Assembly: GCA_022646745.1 (NCBI GenBank)
Contig: CP060262.1
Coordinates: forward strand, 1,710,001-1,742,000
Direction of reading: 5' to 3'
Origin: Planctomycetales bacterium
Lineage (GTDB): Bacteria > 4484-113 > JAFGCY01
Length of the DNA: 32,000 nt
Part shown: positions 1-8,532 of the stretch, piece after piece
Layout of the letters: each line of letters starts with the position of its first letter
Numbering within the stretch: the first letter of the stretch is position 1
Program-made: the position numbers and the translations under genes
Notes under the pieces: model-generated
Seen by the model: the letters and a program-made list of their open reading frames with translations, nothing else
Databases searched by the model: none
What the model was told of the DNA's origin: nothing

Positions 1-213
1 GAAGATCCCAAGGCTGTTACTGCGAATAGGAATAGTGTAACCTATCAGTTTAACTCATTAATGTTAAAAACAGAAAATTTAGAACAGATTGATGCAATAC
101 GACTAAATGTGTTGGAAGTTTATCTGATGAATGATGATTTGTTTGAGGAGTTGACAAAATCTTTGCAATTGAGAAAATCTGAACTGAATTCAAAGGAGAC
201 TTCAGTAGAATAA
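1..213 (+). CDS. hypothetical protein, C-terminal fragment (5' end lies outside the window)
   Basis: Frame 1 is open from base 1 to TAA at 211-213 (...NDDLFEELTKSLQLRKSELNSKETSVE*). Codons are A/T-rich, unlike the core genes. No motif recognised. Confidence 0.35.
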   Translation, partial: EDPKAVTANRNSVTYQFNSLMLKTENLEQIDAIRLNVLEVYLMNDDLFEELTKSLQLRKSELNSKETSVE

Positions 214-368
214 AAGCCAATGGATTGTTTTATCTGGAATGTTACCTGAACAATTAATAACGTAAAAGTGACATAAAGAAATTAGGTAATAATTGTACGG
301 TGATGGTAATCACCTGACACTTGCCCCTCCGGCGGGGTTTTCAGTCTAGGCTGTATTCCGCTTCTTTG

Positions 369-590
369 TCACCCCCTTTTTCGTCTCCTTTGGAACCCTT
401 CCGTGAACACCGCGTAGGGTGTCCTGCCGTCCTTGCCTCGGCCCTGTTGAGGGCGCCTGGTGTTGTAGTGCACCAGATAGGCATTCAGTCCTCCTGCATT
501 TCCGCCAAGCTTTCGTAGAACTTCTGGCATACATCTTCCGGAAGTGCTTGGCCATCAAAGAACGATGCAGTCGCTATGGAATTGATCATT
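369..590 (-). pseudogene. frameshifted 3' remnant of a DDE (rve / integrase-core) IS transposase
   Basis: The minus strand reads ...FFDGQALPEDVCQKFYESLAEMQED. After a 1-nt frame slip near 487-489 it continues LNAYLVHYNTRRPQQGRGKDGRTPYAVFTEGFQRRRKRG* (stop 369-371). This matches the conserved C-terminal tail of rve-type transposases (YN..RPHQG...GRTP). No catalytic core or N-terminus is present. Confidence 0.6.
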
Positions 591-627
591 AGAAGCAAAA
601 GACAAGGGCGTATGTCAATGTATAATT

Positions 628-1131
628 TTGAGAATGAGTCAAAGCGAGGAAGAGCTGCGTGACGAATATTGCAAAGCAATTGGCATGCTCGTCGTTGCAT
701 TCAATGATTTGGAAGTGGATTTGAAATGGCAGAGCACCTTCTTGATTCCAGGCGTTGAGCTGAGTGAGGACATAGAGGAGATTAGAATCTTCTCTCGCTT
801 GATGATGGGGCACTTGTCTTTTTCCCAAGTTCTGGAGATGTATAAGACCTTACTCAAGAGGGTGTTCGACCAGACTGAACATAGAGAAATCGCAGCACAC
901 GTTAAGAGCCTAGACGATATTCGTGAGCGTCGAAACTTCTTCGTACATGCGAATTTCGCTGTCAGAAGGATTACAACTGGCCCTCCCGTACTATTGAAGT
1001 ATCAGAGATTCAGGGAGGAGTTTCGCATGGAAGATGTTGACGTAGCTGCGATCTATGACCTGATAGCTGAAATACAGGATGCTGCGAGTGCATGCCAGAC
1101 CTTTTGCGGCAAAGCCATAATGTTGAAATGA
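628..1131 (+). CDS. small protein with an RNxxxH (HEPN-like) motif
   Basis: 167-aa ORF in A/T-rich DNA. It contains DIRERRNFFVHANF, which fits the HEPN Rx4-6H signature in the common RNxxxH form. Its stop (1129-1131) is 1 nt from the convergent ftcD stop. The family assignment is not verified. Confidence 0.5.
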   Translation: MRMSQSEEELRDEYCKAIGMLVVAFNDLEVDLKWQSTFLIPGVELSEDIEEIRIFSRLMMGHLSFSQVLEMYKTLLKRVFDQTEHREIAAHVKSLDDIRERRNFFVHANFAVRRITTGPPVLLKYQRFREEFRMEDVDVAAIYDLIAEIQDAASACQTFCGKAIMLK

Positions 1132-1132
1132 G

Positions 1133-2821
1133 CTACCCCAGACCCTTCTCCATCTGTTCCCTGACCACCCCTGCGATCTGGCGGGACTGCGCCATCGCCG
1201 CATCGGCTTCCTCGCGGACCTTCGCGCGGTATTCGCTCTTCTTCGGCATCGAGTTGGTATTGATCAGCACGTTGTAGTATGCGCCTTCCGCGCAGGCCAG
1301 CGCCATCGCGGCTCCAGTGCCTGCATCCGACAGTGCGTTCTGGTTGCCCTTTTCGGCGACTTCGCGGCAGAGTTCCAGGGTTTCCACGCAGCGCTTCAGC
1401 GTTGCCAGCGGTACTTCGGTCACGCCGACGGTCGCCTGCTTGATCGCGGCTGAGCGCGCCTTCTGCTCCTCGTCAGTGTTCTTCGGCATGCCGAAGGTGT
1501 CCATCAGGATGTTGAATGCCGCGGTGTCATCGTCAATCGCGCGCAGGTATTCATCCTTCAGCTGCTGCGCCCGCGTTGCGATCCGGTTCATGTCCTTCTT
1601 CACCGGCGCATAGCCCGGCTTGCCGACCGTCAGGTTCGGCACCATCGCTGCAAGACCCGCCGCCAATGCGCCGGCCAGGGCGGCCACCGAGCCACCACCG
1701 GGGGCCGGGCTGACAGAGGCCAGCTCCTCCACGAAGTCCGTCACGCTCATCTTTGCCAGCGGCCGCACACTGTCGTCAATCGCATACTCCACGATGCGTT
1801 TCTGCGGATCGAACTCGCCCAGCTCAGTCAGGCCCAGCGTCTGGATGGCAACGCGCACCAGCTCGCGCTCACTCACCCCGGTGCAGACCTTCTTCTGCTT
1901 CCTGAGGAAATGCCGCCCGGCATCCGTCAGCGCGGACAGCGGGATCAGCCCGACCAGCTCACTGCCGGTCACCCTGAGGCCGTACTCCCGCGCCAGCTCG
2001 TCCACCTTGTCAAACACCACATGCAGCGGGCTGGCGTTCAGGTCCGTCACATTCATCGTGATCTGCGCGCACTGGTACTCGTCAATGTACCAGCCCATCG
2101 CCTTCAGGCCCTTGTACAGGCCCGGCGCGTAGACATCGTTTCCATCCGCGTCCTTAACGAACTTCCCGTGCTCATCGCGCGCCTGGCGGCCCTTTTCGCG
2201 GATCGTCCAGGCGATAAGGTTCACGTTGTACAGCGCCTTGGTGTTGAAGTTGATGTTGTAGGCCACGAGGAAGTTGCGCGCGCCCACCGTCACCACTCCC
2301 GTCCTGGCAACGCTGTCACTGAACTCATTCGGGCCGTAGTCCGGCCGCCACTCCTCTGTGCCGAGCTTGCCCTTCAGCGCCTCGTATTCCCCATGCCTCA
2401 CATTGGCGAGGTTCCGCCATTCCGGCTTGCGCGCCGCATGCTCATACAGCCAGACCGGGATGCCAAGCTCGCTGCCAACCCGCTCGCCGAGCCGCTTTGC
2501 CAGCTCGACGCACTCAGCCATTTCCACGCCCTGCACAGGCACGAAGGGGCAGACGTCGGTGGCGCCGTGGCGCGGGTGCTCACCATGCTGGCGGGACATG
2601 TCAATCAGCTGCGCGGCCTTCCGCACCACGCGGAACGCGGCTTCCAGCACAGCCTCCGGCTCGCCGGCGAAGGTGATCACCGTGCGGTTGGTGTCATGCC
2701 CGGGGTCGACGTCAAGCAGCGTGACGCCGTCCACCGCCGCCGCCTCCTGGGCCACAGTGTTGTATACATGGGGGTCGCGCCCGTTCGAGATGTTGGGCAC
2801 GCATTCAACGATCTTCAGCAT
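1133..2821 (-). CDS. ftcD: bifunctional glutamate formimidoyltransferase / formimidoyltetrahydrofolate cyclodeaminase
   Basis: 562 aa. The N-terminus MLKIVECVPNISNGRD...TNRTVITF is typical of the formiminotransferase domain. The alpha-helical C-terminal ~200 aa resembles the cyclodeaminase domain. Strong GC3 bias. Confidence 0.88.
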   Translation of the reverse strand: MLKIVECVPNISNGRDPHVYNTVAQEAAAVDGVTLLDVDPGHDTNRTVITFAGEPEAVLEAAFRVVRKAAQLIDMSRQHGEHPRHGATDVCPFVPVQGVEMAECVELAKRLGERVGSELGIPVWLYEHAARKPEWRNLANVRHGEYEALKGKLGTEEWRPDYGPNEFSDSVARTGVVTVGARNFLVAYNINFNTKALYNVNLIAWTIREKGRQARDEHGKFVKDADGNDVYAPGLYKGLKAMGWYIDEYQCAQITMNVTDLNASPLHVVFDKVDELAREYGLRVTGSELVGLIPLSALTDAGRHFLRKQKKVCTGVSERELVRVAIQTLGLTELGEFDPQKRIVEYAIDDSVRPLAKMSVTDFVEELASVSPAPGGGSVAALAGALAAGLAAMVPNLTVGKPGYAPVKKDMNRIATRAQQLKDEYLRAIDDDTAAFNILMDTFGMPKNTDEEQKARSAAIKQATVGVTEVPLATLKRCVETLELCREVAEKGNQNALSDAGTGAAMALACAEGAYYNVLINTNSMPKKSEYRAKVREEADAAMAQSRQIAGVVREQMEKGLG

Positions 2822-2839
2822 GCGACCATTGTCGCATGC

Positions 2840-3126
2840 TCAGGGATCGGGTACCTGGGACCGGGGACCAGATGAGAGACAGATGTGAGGGACCCGGGAC
2901 CAGCCTGAGGTCAGATTTCACAGTATCGCTACCTTGTTCCTGGGGTCAGGAATCCACCATTTTTCAGTGGCGTGGTTCCTGGGACCGGAGTGGAGTCAAT
3001 GGTATGAGTTTTCGTTCCGGCTCCCTGATTCCTGCTCCCTTCTTCTGGTCCCAGGTCCCGGGTCCCCGGTCCCTGATTCCCGGTCCCTACTTCTGGTCCC
3101 AGGTCCCGGGTCCCCGGTCCCTGATT
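2840..3126. repeat. ORF-less intergenic cassette bounded by GGGACCN-heptamer inverted repeats
   Basis: 2840-2871 pairs with 3093-3124 read backwards at 28 of 32 positions, plus 2 G-T pairs. The left arm is G-rich with a 7-nt period (tcaggga tcgggta cctggga ccgggga). The right arm contains a 48-nt unit x2 (3031-3078 and 3079-3126). The cassette ends 1 nt from the truB stop codon. Confidence 0.85.
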
Positions 3127-4127
3127 TATCCGAGTACTTTCTCCGGGCGCAGCTCGACCAGGCCCTGCGGGGTCACGCCGTGGAACTGCAGCACCGCCAC
3201 GAGCTCACGACCGTCCAGTGCGAACACGGTGTCCCCCTCGCCGTAGCTGCCCGGCGGCAGCGCCTTGCGCGGGCAGCGGATGCCCATTCCGTTGCGCAGC
3301 ATCCCGCACTGCTGGGCGTCCAGCTGCAGGCTGGCCTGGCCATTGGCAATCGCGCCGAGCGGCTCAAGCAGGTCCTCCACAGTCGCGCCTTCCTCCAGCC
3401 GCGCCGCCACATCCTCGAGCCGCATCGCATCATCGAGGCTGAACGGGCCGACGCTTTCGCGGCGCAGCCGACCCATGCAGCCGAGGCTGCCGAGGTCCGC
3501 CGCCACATCGCGAGTCAGCGAGCGGATGTACACCCCGCCACGGCCCAGCACCCGCACGCGCGCGCGTGCCAGCGGGCCGATCTCGTCGATGCGCTCCAGC
3601 AACTGGCTGTCCTCCCAGAGCACATCCTTCGGGTCCAGCCCGCTTTCGAAGTCCAGCAGCTCAGAAGAGATCACCTCTACCTGCTTCGGCTGCACCTCCA
3701 CTTCCTCGCCGGCCAGTGCATAGCGGTACAGTTCGCGCCCGCCGACCTTGGTTAGGCTGAAGGCGGGTGGGATCTGCTGCAGCTCACCGGTGTACTGCGC
3801 CAGCATCGCCGCGAACTGCTCGCGCGTCGGCAGCGGCTGCTCGCTGACGGCGGACAGCTCGCCCGCCAGGTCGTCGGTGGTTGTTGACATGCCGAGGATG
3901 AACTCCCCGGTGTAGCTCTTCTCGAAGCCGGCGAAGTGCTGGAACAGTCGGGTGGCGCGGTTGATCCCGACCACCAGCACGCCGGTCGCCGGCTTGTCCA
4001 GCACGCCTGAGTGCCCCATCTTGCGGATGCGCAGCATGCGCCGCAGCTCGCGGATCACGTCAAAGGAGGTGATCCCGGAGGGTTTGTCAATTGTCAGGAA
4101 GCCGCTCGGGCCGTTGTTGCCACTCAT
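3126..4127 (-). CDS. truB: tRNA pseudouridine(55) synthase
   Basis: 333 aa. GFLTIDKPSGITSFDV and GHSGVLDKPATGVLVV (catalytic Asp motif) are present, with a C-terminal PUA-like extension. Lies downstream of rbfA-nrnA. Confidence 0.92.
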   Translation of the reverse strand: MSGNNGPSGFLTIDKPSGITSFDVIRELRRMLRIRKMGHSGVLDKPATGVLVVGINRATRLFQHFAGFEKSYTGEFILGMSTTTDDLAGELSAVSEQPLPTREQFAAMLAQYTGELQQIPPAFSLTKVGGRELYRYALAGEEVEVQPKQVEVISSELLDFESGLDPKDVLWEDSQLLERIDEIGPLARARVRVLGRGGVYIRSLTRDVAADLGSLGCMGRLRRESVGPFSLDDAMRLEDVAARLEEGATVEDLLEPLGAIANGQASLQLDAQQCGMLRNGMGIRCPRKALPPGSYGEGDTVFALDGRELVAVLQFHGVTPQGLVELRPEKVLG

Positions 4128-4155
4128 CTCTCACCAGCTCGCCAAGGCTGCGGGA

Positions 4156-5217
4156 TCAGTCCCCGCTGCCAAGGCGCAGCTCCTCCATATGCAGTCGCAG
4201 GGTGCTCTCGAGGATCGCCGGGGCCTCGTCAATCCCGGCATGGATGCGGAAGCCGGAGGCCGCGGTATGCCCGCCGCCGCCGAAGCGCCGCGCCACGGCC
4301 CGCACGTCGAAGCCCTCGTTGGAGCGCGCGCTGACCTTCACGTTGCCATCCTCCTCCTCCTTGAGGAAATAGGTGGCGTCGTAGCCGTCCACGGTCTTCA
4401 GGATGTCCGTTGCGCCTTCCGTGTCACTGAGCACGGTGCCCGTCTCGCGGACCATCTCCTGTGTGACGTAGCAGTAGAAGTAGCCCAGCTCGTCATTCGC
4501 GGTCATCGTGTTCAGGATCATCGCCAGGAGCCGCATCTGCCCCGGCGTGCGCGTGTTGTAGACGCGGTTGTATACATCAAAGGGGTCGACCCCGATCTCG
4601 ATCAGCTCGCCGGCGATCACGAAGGTCTCATGCTTCGTGTTGCCATAGCTGAAGCGGCCGGTGTCGGTGATGATCGTGGCGTAGAGGTTGATCGCCATCT
4701 CCAGGCTGACTTCCCAGCCGAGGTGGCCGAAGAAGCGGTAGAACAGCTCGCCGCAGGCCCCGAAGCTCGGGTCGACGAGGTTGATGTCGCCGTAGCACTG
4801 GTTGCCAAGGTGGTGGTCCATGTTGATCATCAGGCAGCCCTCGGCGTGCTGCTTCGTCTCAGGGCCGATCCCGAGTGCGGTCAGCTGCTCGCAGTAGGCC
4901 CGGCCCAGCCGGTCGAAGGCCCCGTTGTCATTCGCCATGATGATGTCGGGCAGCTCACTCGGCAGTTCCGAGACATGTTCGAAGCGGTCGGCGTAGGGCA
5001 GGTCGCGGTACATGCGCGGCATCGGGTCCGGCGTGAACATCCGCACCTGCTTGCCCATGCGGGTCAGCGCCTCATAGACTGCGCTGTTGCAGCCGACGGT
5101 GTCCCCGTCTGGATTCTCATGGCAGAACAGCCAGACGGTGCTGGCCTGCGAAAGCAGGCTGCCGATGCGCTCGAACAGGCCGTCGCGCTGGTCAGCCGTG
5201 ATGTATCCGTCAGCCAC
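4156..5217 (-). CDS. nrnA: DHH/DHHA1 phosphoesterase (oligoribonuclease / pAp phosphatase NrnA-like)
   Basis: 353 aa. Contains the HENPDGDTVG and MDHHLGN (DHH) motifs and the GGGGH motif of DHHA1. Sits in the classic position between rbfA and truB. Confidence 0.82.
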   Translation of the reverse strand: MADGYITADQRDGLFERIGSLLSQASTVWLFCHENPDGDTVGCNSAVYEALTRMGKQVRMFTPDPMPRMYRDLPYADRFEHVSELPSELPDIIMANDNGAFDRLGRAYCEQLTALGIGPETKQHAEGCLMINMDHHLGNQCYGDINLVDPSFGACGELFYRFFGHLGWEVSLEMAINLYATIITDTGRFSYGNTKHETFVIAGELIEIGVDPFDVYNRVYNTRTPGQMRLLAMILNTMTANDELGYFYCYVTQEMVRETGTVLSDTEGATDILKTVDGYDATYFLKEEEDGNVKVSARSNEGFDVRAVARRFGGGGHTAASGFRIHAGIDEAPAILESTLRLHMEELRLGSGD

Positions 5218-5249
5218 GCTGGCGGTGCTGTGATCTGAACTGGAAATGA

Positions 5250-5633
5250 CTATTCCTCCTCGAGGCTCGAGTAGTCGTCGCGGTAGTCCGGGATTTCATT
5301 CAGCAGCTTCTCGACCTCGGCCGCATACTGCAGCGAATGGTCTTCCATGAAGCGCAGGCGCGGCACGATGCGCAGGTCAGTCTCCTCGCGCAGCCGCCCC
5401 CAGATCAGGCCGGAAGCCCGGTTGAGCGCCTCGACGCATTCCTTCGTGCGCTCACCGCCCGCAAGCGTGGAGATGCCGACCTCCGCATGCGCGAGATCGG
5501 GCGAGACGTCCACCTTGGTGATGCTGTAGCCCTCAATGCGGGGGTCCGACAGCTCACCGCTGATGATCTCGCTGATGGTTCGCAGCACGAGGGATTCAAT
5601 CCTCGCCTGGCGCTTGTGTGAAGCTCGTCCCAT
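5250..5633 (-). CDS. rbfA: ribosome-binding factor A
   Basis: 127 aa. RIESLVLRTISEIISGELSDPRI...ITKVDVSPDLAHAEV and LRIVPRLRF are typical of RbfA. Confidence 0.9.
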   Translation of the reverse strand: MGRASHKRQARIESLVLRTISEIISGELSDPRIEGYSITKVDVSPDLAHAEVGISTLAGGERTKECVEALNRASGLIWGRLREETDLRIVPRLRFMEDHSLQYAAEVEKLLNEIPDYRDDYSSLEEE

Positions 5634-5847
5634 AATCTCCTGATCTGCCCGGAATATGCATTATACCCGTCTCACACATAATGATTAACAGGCGCAGTGG
5701 CGCCTGAAACAGCCCGGGGCCGCTCCAATGCTGATTTAACCCGGATATGAAAAATCCCCGCGCCGTGCTGAAACTGACTGGACCCCACAGATGCTCCAAG
5801 AGGCATCAGTGAATCGGCTGAGAAACAAAGTGCGAGAGGTAACAGAG

Positions 5848-6825
5848 ATGCACAAGACATACGGAATAGCAATTGGAGTGCTGGTCCTGCTGCTGGCGGG
5901 CTCCGTGGCATGGGCCCAGGGCGGCCAGGGACGGCAGGGTGGTAACCGGCAGGGAGGCCGTGGACAGGATGGTGAAGGGCGGCAGGGTCGCCTGATGGAC
6001 CACATCGTCTACGGTGAGATCCTGTCGATCAGTGCGGACGAGATCGTGGTCAAGCCGATGATCCCGGAGCAGATGGCGGAGATGGCCCAGGAGCGTGGCC
6101 GCGAGCTGCCTGAGCTTCCCGCCGAAATGGCGGTTGAGATCGGGGCTGACACCAAGTTCATCATCGAGAGCGAGATGGCTTCCAGCTCCGACTTCAAGGC
6201 CGGGGACATCGTGGTCGTGGTGAAGGACAGGGACGGCATCGCCCGCACCGTGTCCGACAAGGACAGTGCCAAGCAGTTCGTCGAGCGCCGCATGGATGAG
6301 CGCGGTGGAGGCGGCGGACGCGGGCAGGGCTTCGGCCAGGGCGGACCGGGCGGTGAAGGCGGGCCGGGAGGCCATGGAGGCCCCGGCGGCCAGGGACCCG
6401 GTGGTGACCGCCGTCCGCCTGCCATGGGAAGCATCACCGCGATCAGCGCCGACAGCATCACCATCAAGCCGGAGATCCCGGAGGAGATGAAGCAGCGCAT
6501 GCAGGAGAACGGCCGCGAGCTGCCGGAACTGCCGGACAGCATCACCTGGGAGATCAGCGCGGAGACCCGCTTCGTCGGCGAGGACGGCCTGGTTGACAGT
6601 AACCCCTTCGCGGTCGGCGACAAGGTGATCGTGCTCGGTCCCCCGGATGCCGGCGGTGCCAAGGCGATCGTGGATGCAGCGCTGGCCCATGAGCGGGTGC
6701 GACAGTACCTCGAGGAGTTCGGTGGCGGCCAGGGCGGCCCCGGTGGACGCGGCGGCGCACAGGGTGGCCAGGGCGGCAAGCGCGGCGGAAAGCGTGGCGG
6801 CCAGGGCGGCCAGCGGAACCAGTAA
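5848..6825 (+). CDS. secreted protein with two ~110-aa internal repeats and GGQG/RGG low-complexity linkers
   Basis: ATG at 5848 is preferred over the track start at 5791. It has a GAGAGG RBS at 5834-5839, and the protein then starts MHKTYGIAIGVLVLLLAGSVAWAQ (signal peptide). The repeats are GEILSISADEIVVKPMIPEQM...RGRELPELP... and GSITAISADSITIKPEIPEEM...NGRELPELP... Confidence 0.75.
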   Translation: MHKTYGIAIGVLVLLLAGSVAWAQGGQGRQGGNRQGGRGQDGEGRQGRLMDHIVYGEILSISADEIVVKPMIPEQMAEMAQERGRELPELPAEMAVEIGADTKFIIESEMASSSDFKAGDIVVVVKDRDGIARTVSDKDSAKQFVERRMDERGGGGGRGQGFGQGGPGGEGGPGGHGGPGGQGPGGDRRPPAMGSITAISADSITIKPEIPEEMKQRMQENGRELPELPDSITWEISAETRFVGEDGLVDSNPFAVGDKVIVLGPPDAGGAKAIVDAALAHERVRQYLEEFGGGQGGPGGRGGAQGGQGGKRGGKRGGQGGQRNQ

Positions 6826-6893
6826 CTACAACCCAGACGATAATCCGGGAAGCGGGAAAGAGGGCTTCCCGGGATATCCATCCCCCACCCATC

Positions 6894-6924
6894 AGGGCGC
6901 ATCGCGAGGTGCGCCCTTTTTGTT
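6894..6924 (+). terminator. rho-independent terminator of the Gly-rich protein gene
   Basis: An 8-bp GC stem (agggcgca / tgcgccct) with an 8-nt loop is followed by tttttgtt. Confidence 0.65.
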
Positions 6925-6925
6925 A

Positions 6926-7136
6926 GGTTGCAGGGTGCAGGGAGCAGGTTGCAGATCCGGGATGAGGTATGCGGGATGTGGGATGTGGGAGCGCGTAGCG
7001 CAGGCATGCGTAAGCCTGACACAGCTGCGCATTTGCGGGAAGCGGAGGGGTGCAACTTGCTTGCACGCAATGCAATGGTAGAACGGAGGTGCGACACTGG
7101 CTGTCGCATCTCCTCATCCCCCATCCCTCATCCCGC
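6926..7136. repeat. ORF-less cassette bounded by GGGATGN-type heptamer arrays
   Basis: Nine in-phase G-rich heptamers span 6926-6988 (ggttgca gggtgca gggagca ggttgca gatccgg gatgagg tatgcgg gatgtgg gatgtgg). C-rich heptamers span 7107-7134. 6971-6990 is complementary to 7117-7136 at 17/20. The interior holds strong hairpins, for example ggaggtgcgaca-ctggc-tgtcgcatctcc at 7085-7113. Confidence 0.8.
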
Positions 7137-7154
7137 TCTGGCCTGAGGCCAGAG

Positions 7155-8519
7155 CTACAGGTCCGCGCTCTCCATGTAACCCGGCACATGGCACAGCCAG
7201 TCCAGCTCATGCGTGATGCGCTCGCGCATGGAGTCGGCGGCGTTCTCCTCACCATGCGTGATGAAGGTGTTCCGCGGGCGTTTCTCGATGCTGCCCAGCC
7301 AGTCCATGATCTCGCGGTAGTCGGCGTGCGCGCTCATGTTTGACAACTGCTCCACCTCGCAGTTGATCGGCACGTCGTCACCGAAGATGCGGATGCGGTC
7401 CATCCCTTCGAGGATCTTGCGGCCGCGGGAGCCCGCCGCCTGGTAGCCGGCGAACAGGATCATGTTCTTCGGGTCAGGTGCGAAGGCCTTGATGTGGTGC
7501 ACCACGCGCCCGCCGGTTGCCATTCCGCTGGCGGAGATGATCACCTTGGCCTGGCGGTTGAGGTTCAGCTCCTTGCTGTCCTCCACGCTGTTGACATAGC
7601 TGACCTTGTCGAACACCTTGCGCAGGTAGTTGCAGTCGATGCGGTGGCTGTCGGAGCAGTCGTCATAGATGTCCGTCGCGTTGACAGCCATCGGCGAGTT
7701 GACGTAGACCGGCACCTGCGGCACGTCCCGGCGTTCCATGATCTCCGAGATGAACAGGATCAGCTGCTGCGTGCGGCCGACTGCGAAGCTCGGGATCACC
7801 ACGGTGCCGCCGCGCTCCAGCGTGCGCTTCAGGCATTTCGCCAGCCCGATGCGCGGGTCGATGTCCTCATGCAGGCGGTCGCCGTAGGTGGACTCGCACA
7901 GCAGGTAGTCCGCTTCGTGGTAGGGCGTGGGCGGCACGAGGATCTCGTCCTTCAGGCGGCCGATGTCGCCGCTGAACAGGATCTTCTTATCGCCCAGCTT
8001 CAGCATCAGGTGCGCCGCGCCGAGGATGTGCCCGGCGGGCAGCCACTGCGCACTGATCCCGTCCGCGATGTCCAGCCAGTCGCCGAAGCGGACCGACTTG
8101 AATAGCCCCAGCGCCTTCTCACCATCCTCCGCGGTGTACAGCGGCTGCGGGTCCTCATGCTTGGAGTAGCCCTTGCGCTTGGCGTACTTCGCATCCTCCT
8201 CCTGCAGGTAGCCGCTGTCCGGCAGCAGGATACGGCACAGCTTCTGCGTGGCCGGGGTGCAGTACACCGTGCCATTGAAGCCGAGCTTCTTCAGGCGCGG
8301 GATGTAGCCCGAGTGGTCGATGTGTGCATGCGTCAGCAGCACAGTGTCGATCTGGGAGGGCTTGATCGGGAAGTCGTCCCAGTTGCGCAGGCGCAGGGGC
8401 TTCAAGCCCTGGAACAGGCCGCAGTCCACGAGGATCTGCTGGCCGGCGTACTCCACGAGGTACTTGGAGCCGGTCACCGTCTGGGCGGCACCGAGGAAGG
8501 TCAGCTTGATGTTGCTCAC
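7155..8519 (-). CDS. MBL-fold beta-CASP ribonuclease (RNase J / CPSF-like)
   Basis: 454 aa with a GTG start. LTFLGAAQTVTGSKYL and LLTHAHIDHSGYIP (the HxHxDH metallo-beta-lactamase motif) are present, with the beta-CASP and C-terminal RNA-specificity region (SAHAD). Confidence 0.85.
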   Translation of the reverse strand: MSNIKLTFLGAAQTVTGSKYLVEYAGQQILVDCGLFQGLKPLRLRNWDDFPIKPSQIDTVLLTHAHIDHSGYIPRLKKLGFNGTVYCTPATQKLCRILLPDSGYLQEEDAKYAKRKGYSKHEDPQPLYTAEDGEKALGLFKSVRFGDWLDIADGISAQWLPAGHILGAAHLMLKLGDKKILFSGDIGRLKDEILVPPTPYHEADYLLCESTYGDRLHEDIDPRIGLAKCLKRTLERGGTVVIPSFAVGRTQQLILFISEIMERRDVPQVPVYVNSPMAVNATDIYDDCSDSHRIDCNYLRKVFDKVSYVNSVEDSKELNLNRQAKVIISASGMATGGRVVHHIKAFAPDPKNMILFAGYQAAGSRGRKILEGMDRIRIFGDDVPINCEVEQLSNMSAHADYREIMDWLGSIEKRPRNTFITHGEENAADSMRERITHELDWLCHVPGYMESADL

Positions 8520-8532
8520 GGTCTAACTATAA

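Noticed and set aside
1910-2875. Long ORFs antisense to or out of frame with ftcD. The same applies to 3952-5238, 5806-6690, 6009-7124, 7494-8105, 8543-10030, 12636-13310, 16907-17557, 24950-26125 and 29255-30334.
   Set aside because: They are typical high-GC shadow ORFs with Arg/Ala/Pro/His-rich low-information translations. Each overlaps a gene that has clear family motifs on the other strand or in another frame.
5791-5847. Upstream start for the Gly-rich secreted protein
   Set aside because: The ATG at 5848 has a GAGAGG RBS and places the signal peptide at the N-terminus. The 19-aa extension has neither.
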